Positions 31,986 through 43,400 of a stretch of 64,000 bases of DNA are shown piece by piece. This DNA comes from Limisphaerales bacterium (GTDB lineage: Bacteria > Verrucomicrobiota > Verrucomicrobiia > Limisphaerales > UBA1412): assembly GCA_050949405.1 (NCBI GenBank), contig JBMNFQ010000001.1, positions 355,506-419,505 of the forward strand, given 5' to 3'. Under the pieces are notes generated by a model. That model was not told the DNA's origin. It ran no database searches and saw only the letters and a program-made list of their open reading frames with translations. Every line of letters begins with the position of its first letter. The first letter of the stretch is position 1. The position numbers were made by a program, and so were the translations under genes.

Positions 31986-33218
31986 TTATGATTCCGTATC
32001 GGGGAACTCATACTTTTCCCCAAAGCCGTAGTGCTCAATCACGTAATCGACATCCTTATCGCCGCGACCGCTGCAGTTGACCAGGATTGCGCTGGTCTTA
32101 TCCTCGCGAGCGCGCCGGATCGCATAAGCCACCGCATGGGCTGACTCCAAAGCGGGAATGATCCCCTCATAGCGCGAGAGCTTGAAGAAAGCATCCACGG
32201 CATCCTCATCAGTCGCCGTCACATACTTGACCCGTTTGATCTGGTTCCAATAGGCATGTTCCGGTCCCACTGCGGGATAATCAAGCCCGCTGGCGATGGA
32301 GTGAACCGGCGAAGGGCTTCCATCAGCCTCCTGCAGCAGCATACTCTCAAAGCCGTGCAGAACCCCTTTCCTGCCATAGGTCATCGAGGCTGCATGGAGA
32401 CCGGTCGTTTCCCCCTTGCCCAGAGGCTCCACGCCGCAGATTTCTACCGGGTCATTGAGGAATCCCGAGAAGATACCCGCCGCGTTACTGCCACCGCCCA
32501 CGCAGGCGCAGACCACGTCGGGCAGGATTCCTGTCATCTCCAGAAACTGCTCGCGCGCCTCTATCCCGACACACATCTGAAAATCACGAACCATCAACGG
32601 GAATGGATGCGGACCCACCACCGAACCGATGCAATAGATGGAATCCTTGTAATTCTCGGCATACGACATGAAGGCGGAGTCCACGGCTTCCTTGAGCGTC
32701 TTGAGCCCGAAAGAGACCGGCACCACCTTGGCGCCCAGTATCTTCATTCGTCCGACGTTGGGAGCCTGCTTGGCGATATCGACCTCCCCCATATGGATTT
32801 CGCACTCCAGGCCAAAGTAGGCCGCCGCGGTCGCCAGCGCCACTCCATGCTGGCCGGCGCCGGTCTCGGCGATGAGCCGCTTTTTGCCCATGTATTTGGC
32901 CAGGAGCCCCTCACCCATGCAATGGTTGAGCTTATGCGCGCCGGTATGGTTCAGGTCTTCTCGTTTGAGATAGATTTGGCAGGTGCCCAGTTTGCGCGAA
33001 AGGCGCTCGCAATGATAGACAGGCGTCGGGCGGCCCTGGAACTCTCTGCGAATCCTGCGCAGCTCGTTAATAAACTGAGCAGAGCGGCAGATGGCGTTAT
33101 AAGCATTGTAAATCTCTTCAAAAGCTGGAATTAACTCCGGCGGCAGGTAGCTCCCGCCATATTCCCCAAAACGCCCTTCAGCGTCAGGGAATTCCTTAAA
33201 ATAGGTTCTATAGTCCAT
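31986..33218 (-). CDS. trpB: tryptophan synthase beta chain (no trpA adjacent)
   Basis: [18 protein letters not shown]-lysine region [16 protein letters not shown], and GVALATAAA...[10 protein letters not shown]. Confidence 0.85.
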   Translation of the reverse strand: MDYRTYFKEFPDAEGRFGEYGGSYLPPELIPAFEEIYNAYNAICRSAQFINELRRIRREFQGRPTPVYHCERLSRKLGTCQIYLKREDLNHTGAHKLNHCMGEGLLAKYMGKKRLIAETGAGQHGVALATAAAYFGLECEIHMGEVDIAKQAPNVGRMKILGAKVVPVSFGLKTLKEAVDSAFMSYAENYKDSIYCIGSVVGPHPFPLMVRDFQMCVGIEAREQFLEMTGILPDVVCACVGGGSNAAGIFSGFLNDPVEICGVEPLGKGETTGLHAASMTYGRKGVLHGFESMLLQEADGSPSPVHSIASGLDYPAVGPEHAYWNQIKRVKYVTATDEDAVDAFFKLSRYEGIIPALESAHAVAYAIRRAREDKTSAILVNCSGRGDKDVDYVIEHYGFGEKYEFPDTES

Positions 33219-33370
33219 ATCTCAATTATCTGGAAAGAGGCTCTCTTCTGCACCATGCAGGCATCCACCGCTCCAAACCGGCCTATCCTAAACGGTTGAG
33301 GGGCAATTGTCAATCGGACTGAGTCAATTTTCCTCTTCTCCTGGGAATAAACAGGGCGTGCGGCGCCGGC

Positions 33371-33856
33371 TCAGCGCTCTTTATCGTTGTAGGGGATGCC
33401 TTCCAGCGCCAGCAGCTTGCGTTTAATATGCAGCCCGGCCAGGAAACCACCAATCCGCCCGCCGGCTCCCAGCACCCGATGGCACGGAATAAAAACCGGT
33501 ATCGGATTCCTCTTGCAGGCAGAGCCAACCGCTCGGACCGCTTTGGGCGAATCCGTACAGTGGGCCACCTCCGTATAGGTCCGCGATTCCCCATAGGGAA
33601 CCTCCAGCAATACCTGCCAGACCCGCTTCTGGAAAGCCGTCCCCTCCGGCGCCAGCGGTGTCTTCCACCGTTTGATCTTCTTGCCCTGCAGGTAATCCTC
33701 CAGCTCCTGGAAGGCCTGCTTCAAAAGGGGGGATTCCTCCTCCTTCACGCCTTCGGGCGGTGGCCCTGCGCTAAAGAGAAGATGCGTGACGGCTCTGCCA
33801 TTTTCAATGATTCCTATCGAGCCGATCTCCGTTTGGCGGTAACTGATCCGTTTCAT
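33371..33856 (-). CDS. ogt: methylated-DNA--protein-cysteine methyltransferase
   Basis: Active-site IPCHRVLGAGGRIGGF, preceded by YTEVA...PKAVRAVGSACKRNP. Confidence 0.9.
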   Translation of the reverse strand: MKRISYRQTEIGSIGIIENGRAVTHLLFSAGPPPEGVKEEESPLLKQAFQELEDYLQGKKIKRWKTPLAPEGTAFQKRVWQVLLEVPYGESRTYTEVAHCTDSPKAVRAVGSACKRNPIPVFIPCHRVLGAGGRIGGFLAGLHIKRKLLALEGIPYNDKER

Positions 33857-33927
33857 CTTTTTCTATCCTTCAATTAAAGTAAAAAATACTGTTAAAAACT
33901 AGCGCTTAAGGGGGAAGCTGTCAACAG

Positions 33928-34722
33928 ATGGAAAGCAAAAAACAGTTCCAAGAGTGGATATTTTGGGGCATTCTCTTTTTGGCGAAAATAATTCAAAACA
34001 TGAGCGCCCCTGACAATATCAAACAAGAGGTCCGCGACAAACTCCGGGAGCTGGCCGAGCCCGAACTGCGGAGCTTCAACTCCGCACTCATCCCCGGCTG
34101 CTCCAACATACTGGGGGTGAGGAGGCCGCATCTGCGCAAGCTGGCCCGGCGGCTACTCTCGCAAGAGTGGCGCCGCTGGCTTGATGACCCGGACGATGAA
34201 TTCCATGAAGAGACGCTCCTGCGGGCGCTCCTGGTCGCCAACGCTCCTCTGGAACCCGAAGAACGGCTGCGATATCTGCGCGCATTGGTCGAGAAGCTCC
34301 GGAACTGGGCCGATTGCGACCTTGCCTGCGAGGAGCTCAGGAAAATCGTCCGCAGCGAACCCGAGCGGTTTTGGGATTTCACCGAGTCCTATCTGGAGGA
34401 GCAAAGGGAGATTCCGCTCCGGTTCGGGATCGTCATGCTGCTCACTCATTTCATTACCGAAGAACGAATTGAGACGGTACTCGAACGACTCGACACCATC
34501 CGCCACGAGGGCTACTACGTGAAGATGGCTCTGGCCTGGGCGCTATCGGTCTGCTTCATCAAGTTCCCCGAACGGACACTGCGATACTTGCAAAATAACC
34601 GCCTTGATGATGAGACCTTCAACAAGGCGCTCCAGAAAATAATTGATTCTTTTCGGGTAGACCGGAAAACCAAAGACGTAATCCGCTCCCTCAGGCGCAA
34701 GGCACCGCCCCAAAAGAGTTGA
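33928..34722 (+). CDS. DNA alkylation repair protein (AlkD/AlkC-like HEAT-like repeat glycosylase family)
   Basis: LRELAEPELRSFNSALIPGCSNILGVRRPHLRKLARRL matches the N-terminal pattern of the DNA_alkylation family. Divergent from ogt. Confidence 0.65.
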   Translation: MESKKQFQEWIFWGILFLAKIIQNMSAPDNIKQEVRDKLRELAEPELRSFNSALIPGCSNILGVRRPHLRKLARRLLSQEWRRWLDDPDDEFHEETLLRALLVANAPLEPEERLRYLRALVEKLRNWADCDLACEELRKIVRSEPERFWDFTESYLEEQREIPLRFGIVMLLTHFITEERIETVLERLDTIRHEGYYVKMALAWALSVCFIKFPERTLRYLQNNRLDDETFNKALQKIIDSFRVDRKTKDVIRSLRRKAPPQKS

Positions 34723-34872
34723 ATTTTCAGACACATCTCCACCGGAGCAGAAAATAATTCCCTCTGAATCGATATGCTCCCTTTAGAAGATTTCTGAAAA
34801 AAGGGGTAAATTTCAAAAAAGTTATTTAAATATCTCCCTTAAAGAACTATCCTGAAGCCAGTTTTTAATGCT

Positions 34873-35196
34873 ATGAAAATGGCCACAATCTGCAAAAAAT
34901 TAAGAATAGGGTTTCTCGCCCTTCTGGGATTGGCAATCCTGGCTTTAGTTTTTTTGAATCTTTGGGGAAGTTATCAATATCGCAAGATCACTCATAGTGA
35001 GCGCTGGCAAAACATGGTTCAGCGAATTACGGAGATTCCCAAGGGAGCCGACCTGCTGGGTTCTCAGCTTTTGAAAAAGTATCTTTTGGCCAAAACGAGT
35101 CCGCTAATCAGTGGCGATTATCTAAACCCGGAGACTTACTCTGAAATATACACCAACAGTAATGCCCTATCTCTCTGGATGGACAGATATCAATGA
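34873..35196 (+). CDS. hypothetical membrane-anchored protein
   Basis: 107 aa with an N-terminal TM segment (IGFLALLGLAILALVFLNLW). Its stop overlaps the next start (ATGA). Confidence 0.4.
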   Translation: MKMATICKKLRIGFLALLGLAILALVFLNLWGSYQYRKITHSERWQNMVQRITEIPKGADLLGSQLLKKYLLAKTSPLISGDYLNPETYSEIYTNSNALSLWMDRYQ

Positions 35197-36536
35197 CTTC
35201 AGAAAAAGTTACTGAAAAATATGCAAAAGAACAGGATTCCTCCTCTTCATCCCAAAGGCCCCCAAAAAACAGAAAACCGAGACCGGGAAGTCTGGAGACA
35301 ACCGAGCTCCCCGATTATTCCTTGCAGCTTGAGCATATCCAAACCCGCATAGCCGAGATTGAAGCTTCAACAAATTCCGCCCGGAATGTTGTAACGAATC
35401 GAGTCGAATTGTTAAGAATGAATCGGATCGATCTGCAAACCTATCTTGATGAATGGGCTCGGGAAACCATTCAGAAAATGTTGCCCGAATGGAATTCATA
35501 TCTTACCGAGTTTAATAAAACGACTGCTTCCACCGAGGCTTATGCGGCAATGACGCCGGACCAACAGGCTGCGGCTCTTTTGCTCGGGTTTCGCAAAATC
35601 GGAGATGAAACCTATGAGCTCCTCAAACAGTGTGTTGAGGAAAGCTCTTTCATTGACGCCTCCGATATTTCCTCCGAGCAAGAAATTTCGAACATTACTT
35701 CTACATATTTTCTTCTGAAGAATACAGCCATAAAGGTACCTGATCGGGCGGCACTGTATGCTCGCCTGGGGATGAAGGCAGAGGCGCTTTCAGAATTGGA
35801 GTACTTGTTTCATCTCTCCGAGCTCAAGCCTGTTCCTTCCAATGTAGTCTATGGTCTGATCGCCAATTTGATTCAAACTTGTACCTGCGAAACGATTCAT
35901 CTTTTAATTTTGGAGGGAGCGTTGACCGATGAAGAGTTGCTTTCCATACAGTCCCGTTTGAACCACTGGAATCCCCTGAATTCCCTTGCGCTCGACCTGG
36001 AAGGAGATTCTCTTAATATTCATAATGCCTACATTAAAGAACGCCGAATCTACGGAAAACCCCCTCTGATCGCTGTTCTGCTCCGATATGTGATCCCCGG
36101 TATCGTCAGAATGAATGAGGCTGAATTGATCCAAATGTGCTGGGATTTACGGGATAGCTTAGACACACAGCAACAGGTACTGGACGATACCCGCTGGAAC
36201 GCCGCTCTGAAACGGGGAGGAATCATCCGCTCCATCCTTGCCAATGAGAATGTAGGGGGGATGGGTATCGTCGATGACAGGTGGCTTCGTATCCAATCAA
36301 CCCGGGATGTTACCATCCTGGGATGCGCACTGGAACGGTACTACCTCAAGAATGGTCGATACCCGGAAAAGCTGGAAGAGGAATTAGTCCCCACGTATCT
36401 GGAAACAATGCCCATCGGCTGGAATAAACAGGGTACCCTGAGTTATAAACTCGAAGGACCGGGATATGAATTAATTTCCAACAAGGATCCGAACCGAACC
36501 GAACCAGATAAGATGAGCGTAATCTGGAAACGGTAG
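35193..36536 (+). CDS. hypothetical protein with pseudopilin-like C-terminal motif
   Basis: 447 aa, lower GC than its neighbours. The C-terminus ALERYYLKNGRYPEKLEELVPTYLETMPI...YKLEGPGYELIS resembles the 'L..Y....G.YP..L..LVP.YL' motif of GspG-like and related PVC proteins. The remainder is unrecognised. Confidence 0.45.
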   Translation: MTSEKVTEKYAKEQDSSSSSQRPPKNRKPRPGSLETTELPDYSLQLEHIQTRIAEIEASTNSARNVVTNRVELLRMNRIDLQTYLDEWARETIQKMLPEWNSYLTEFNKTTASTEAYAAMTPDQQAAALLLGFRKIGDETYELLKQCVEESSFIDASDISSEQEISNITSTYFLLKNTAIKVPDRAALYARLGMKAEALSELEYLFHLSELKPVPSNVVYGLIANLIQTCTCETIHLLILEGALTDEELLSIQSRLNHWNPLNSLALDLEGDSLNIHNAYIKERRIYGKPPLIAVLLRYVIPGIVRMNEAELIQMCWDLRDSLDTQQQVLDDTRWNAALKRGGIIRSILANENVGGMGIVDDRWLRIQSTRDVTILGCALERYYLKNGRYPEKLEEELVPTYLETMPIGWNKQGTLSYKLEGPGYELISNKDPNRTEPDKMSVIWKR

Positions 36537-36691
36537 CCCCCTGGGAGAAAAAAACCTTGTTTTTCTTTTTGCAGGGCCGGAATAAAGACTCCGACGCGTA
36601 CAACCCGGTTTAAAAAATAAAGAGCGTTAGAGTGTGGCTGGAAGAAGCCATGAGGGAGGGGATCAATATATGTGTATAAGGTATTCCTAAA

Positions 36692-37394
36692 TCAACCCTT
36701 ACATTGAACATTCTCCTTCAGAACCTTTGCAGGATTTCCAGCAATAATCACATTATCCGGGAATTTTCCGCAAACGACGCTACCAGCCCCTACTACACAA
36801 TTTTTTCCTAATTCTGTTCCTTTCAAGATAATGGAATTTGCTCCAATAAAACATCCATCACCAATTCTAATTGGCCTCATTAAAACAGCACTCTGTTCTC
36901 TGTTCTCTGTTCTCTGTTCTCTGTTCTCTGTTCTCTGTTCTCTGTTCTCTGTTCTCTGTTCTCTGTTCTCTGTTCTCTGTTCTCTGTTCTCTGTTCTCTG
37001 TTCTCTGTTCTCTGTTCTCTGTTCTCTGTTCTCTGTTCTCTGTTCTCTGTTCGCAGGAGAGTGGGTGAAAATCATTATCAATGATTTTGCAGTTGGCCCC
37101 AACCAACACCTCATTTCCAACATCAATAGAATTCATGGAATAAATGGTTGAACCGGAAATTCCACAGTTTTCTCCTATACGAATTTTTCCTCCGTGCCTT
37201 GCCACAACAATACATCGTTGATATAGCCCCAGAAGATTGCTCAACGATCCACTGTTAAACGTTGTCCCTTTTCCAATCTGAATTGAAGAACCGGCAAAGG
37301 AATGTACAACAGTAAATCCATTATAACGAACTTTTCCAAAATCTTTCACCTTCCGAAGGAGATATGAAAGATACAAGCAGATAAAACGTATCAT
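36692..37394 (-). pseudogene. hexapeptide-repeat (left-handed beta-helix) O-acyltransferase, frame-interrupted by a heptanucleotide tract (phase-OFF allele)
   Basis: The N-half ORF 36867..37394 (...IGENCGISGSTIY...VGANCKIIDNDFHPLSC) and the C-half ORF 36692..37126 (...SAVLMRPIRIGDGCFIGANSIILKGTELGKNCVVGAGSVVCGKFPDNVIIAGNPAKVLKE) together make one LbH acyltransferase. They are in different frames across the repeat. Confidence 0.8.
36891..37051. repeat. perfect tandem heptanucleotide repeat (CTCTGTT)x23
   Basis: Counted directly: 23 uninterrupted copies, 161 nt. The minus-strand unit AACAGAG has no stop codon in any frame and encodes cyclic EQRTENR. Confidence 0.97.
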
Positions 37395-37738
37395 ATGACC
37401 TCACATTATAGTTCCTCATAAGAATATCTATGAGAATAAAAAATAAAAGTTTTCAACCTACGTAACAACTGAGCAGAACCGCCTACTCCGTCGTAAAGCA
37501 AATATCAAAAACAACGGGTTCAGCATAGAGGAATTCATATAATAAATCAATTAAATATTTCAATTTTTCATTACACTAAGCTTTTTTCCAACGAAAAACA
37601 CCAACACACCACGTTACCCTTTATCCTTCAAGAACTTAGGAAGATAAAAATATTGTAAATTATTTTGTCAGAATTGCTTGAGTTAAACTTAGTTTTGTGA
37701 TAGGGTACTCTGTCTGCATTTCGGAGCAGGTTTTGCAT

Positions 37739-40228
<2,490 letters not shown>

Positions 40229-40253
40229 AGAACTTCCAGAGCGGTTCATAAAA

Positions 40254-40286
40254 AGCACGGATTTTTCGATTCTCCGTGCTTTTTTA
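40254..40286 (+). terminator. rho-independent terminator of rpoD
   Basis: AGCACGGA (40254-40261), 11-nt loop, TCCGTGCT (40273-40280), then T6. Confidence 0.85.
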
Positions 40287-40455
40287 TTTCCCCCGCGGCC
40301 CCTCCCCTCCTATCCTCTTTTGCAAGAGAGCCTGACCTCCATTTTTATCTCGGTTTTTCAAGCATTTTCTCTTATCCTATCCTTTGTTGGTACGATAATT
40401 GCGGTAAAAAAGGAGTCATTTGCAGAGCAGTGTATCTCCTGGAGTGAAGTTTAAT

Positions 40456-43400
40456 ATGCGTATTTTCCGGACAGTGTTTTATCTCAGGTGGGCGTTTTTA
40501 CTAGTCTTGCTCACCTCGAATCTTTTTGCTCATGCCGCCCAGAGCCTGCGGATAAATGAATTCCTTGCTTCCAACCAGAATGGCACCGCCACGGCCACCG
40601 GAGAGAGAACGGACTGGATTGAAATCAGGAACCTGACTGATGAGAGCATCAACCTGGCCGGCTGGTACTTAACCGATTCCGCCAAGAACCTGACCAAGTT
40701 TCAGTTTCCCCCCACCTCCCAGATACCGATCCAGGCTAACGGCTACTTTTTACTGTTCGCCAGCGGCTCGGAAGCTCCCATCGTAGGCGGTCAGTGGCAC
40801 GCGAATTTCAGTCTGAGCCGAGAGGGTGAGTATCTCGCACTGGTGCGGCCCGATGGAGTGGTCGAAGACGAGTTCAGCCCCGCCTTTCCCGAGCAGTACA
40901 CCGATGTCTCCTACGGGGTGATTGGCGACCCCGGGCCGGGCCTCCCGCTCCAATATGGTTACTTTCTCACCCCAACCCCGCGCCGCGCCAATGGTGAGGA
41001 TGCCCTTCTGAATGGACGGCTTCCGGAGGTTGAATTTGACCAGGAGCGCGGCTTCCGCACCAACTCTTTCTCCGTAAGCCTGAGCTGCCCCGAAAGCGAC
41101 ACCACTATCTACTATACGCTCGATGGCTCCACGCCCACTGAGAGCTCCTCCCGCTACAGACGCGCCCTCAATATCTCCAAAACAACCGCCCTGCGCGCCT
41201 GCGCTTTCAAGGAGGGGTATCTGCCCTCGCAGGTCAGAAGCCGCACCTGGATATTCATTGATGATGTCCTCAAACAAAGCACCATGCGCCGAACGATTAC
41301 CGATAACCCGCTTTACCGACAGCGGATCATTGACGGATTGCAGGATATCCCCAGCATTTCACTGACTACCGATCGCTCCAACCTCTACGGTTCTACCGGT
41401 ATTTTTGATAACTACGGGCTATCGGGGATTGACGGAGAGCGCCCCGCCTCGGTCGAGCTGATCGACCCCAAAGGAGGAGCGGAGTTCGATATCTTCGCGG
41501 GCCTGCGCATCCGCGGCGCCGTGGGACGCTCCGCTCCCAAGAAATCACTGCGGCTCTTTTTCAACTCCACCTATGACGGAAACCTCGCTTTCCCGCTTTT
41601 CGGCGATGAGGGGGCCGAGCTCTTCACCAAGGTAGACCTGCGGGCTGAGCAGAACAACTCCTGGTCCTCCAATGTGGATGCGCCCTGGCAGAATACTTTC
41701 ATCCGCGAAGTCTTCTCGCGCGATACCCAGCGCGATATGGGCGAGCTCTACACCCGCAGCCGCTACTACCACCTTTACATCAACGGCACCTACTGGGGCC
41801 TTTACCAGAGCCAGGAGCGCGGAGAGGCCGATTTCGCCTCCAGCTACCTTGGTGGAAGCCCCAAAGAGTGGGATGCCCTCAAATCCTCCAGCTCCCGCAT
41901 CATTGAGCTCAAGGATGGCACACGCGACGCCTATACCGAGTTCTACGAATATGCCAAAGCCGGCTTTACCGGCCAAAACGAGCCGAACTACTGGAAGGTT
42001 CTCGGCCTCAACCCCGATGGTACCCGCAATCCGGCCTACCCGATTCTGCTGGACCAGGAGAACCTCATTCACTACATATTGACCACGCTCTATGCGGCCG
42101 ATGTCGATAGCCCGCTCTCCTGGATCAACATCGTCAACAACGTCAATACGGTCTACCATCGTGAGGAGCCGGCCGGTTTTCTCTGGCTAAAGCATGATGC
42201 CGAGCTTTCTCTGGGTGCCTTCCTCGGCGTAGAGGATTCCATCGAATACTTCAAAAACGCCACCTACTGGAGCCGCTGGAGCGATTTCAACCCGATGGAC
42301 CTCCACCGCAAACTGATGCAGCACCCCGAGTACTACCGGAAGTTCGGCGATATGGCGCGCGGTGAGTATCTGGGCGGCGGCGCGCTCTCCCAGGAAAAGG
42401 CTCTTCAGCGCTGGAATGCCCGAATGGAAACCATTGAGCAACCGGTGGTGGCAGAGTCCGCCCGCTGGGGCAACCAATGGGGCGGCGGCTACACCTGGGA
42501 GACCTGGAAATCAGCCTGCCATCTGGTCACCGATGCTTTCATGGTCGGCCGCGAGTATGAGATGATCCCGATCTTACGCAAACATGACTGGTATCCTGCG
42601 CTGGACTCCCCCGGCATACAGCCGCTTGGGGATGGCGAGAACTCCTTCGTAAAAATTACCGCAGCCGATGCAACCGTCTATTTTACGCTTGATGGCAGCG
42701 ACCCCCGTTTGCCCGATGGCTCGCTCAACCCCGAAGCGCTGGAGCTCCAGCCCGATTCCGGTGAGCCGGCCCTCGTGGATGATGTCGTAATCCCTGCCCG
42801 CTCGACCTGGAGATGCTACGATACCGGCGATGCTCCGCCAGACCAGCGCAACCACTCCAAGGTCAGTTGGGGTGCGCGGTTCTACAATGATTACGACTGG
42901 AGCGAGAAAATAGCCGCCGATGGTTTCTCCAACAAAGAGGTTTATCTTCGCAAATCGTTTGTTCTGGAGAGCCTGGCCGATATCAAGTCCGCCTCTCTGG
43001 AGCTGCTCAAAGGCTCCGGCACGGTCTACCTCAATGGCAGCGTGGTCAGACCGGGCAGCTTCCAGTCATCCCTTCTGCGTCAGGGGCGGAACCTCCTCAC
43101 CGTAGCCGCCAACAACAGCGCGGCCGGCTTTGATCTCTCCCTCACGCTCAGCCGGGATACCGCCTTCTGGACCGCTGCCGCCATTCCCGCAGCCGGTGCC
43201 AATACCTGGGTTAAGGCACGCGCTCTCCAAAACAACGACTGGAGCGCCCTGAGCGAATATGACGGCCGCGACCTGAGCCAGCAGGCGAACAGCTTCCTGC
43301 GAGTCACCGAAATGATGTACTCGGCGGAGGTCTCCGAGGAAGAGGCGCTCCAGGGCTATACCCATGACGATTTTGCCTGGATTGAGCTCCAGAACAGCTC

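Noticed and set aside
33219-33370. The 150-nt leader upstream of trpB as a Trp attenuator or T-box
   Set aside because: There is no Trp-codon leader peptide and no T-box specifier/antiterminator pattern. Only weak hairpins are visible.
36831-37151. Plus-strand ORFs reading SLFSVLC repeats across the heptanucleotide tract, and the tract as a possible CRISPR or minisatellite
   Set aside because: These ORFs are the antisense translation of the repeat inside a recognisable minus-strand acyltransferase gene. A 7-nt unit without spacers is a simple sequence repeat, not a CRISPR array.
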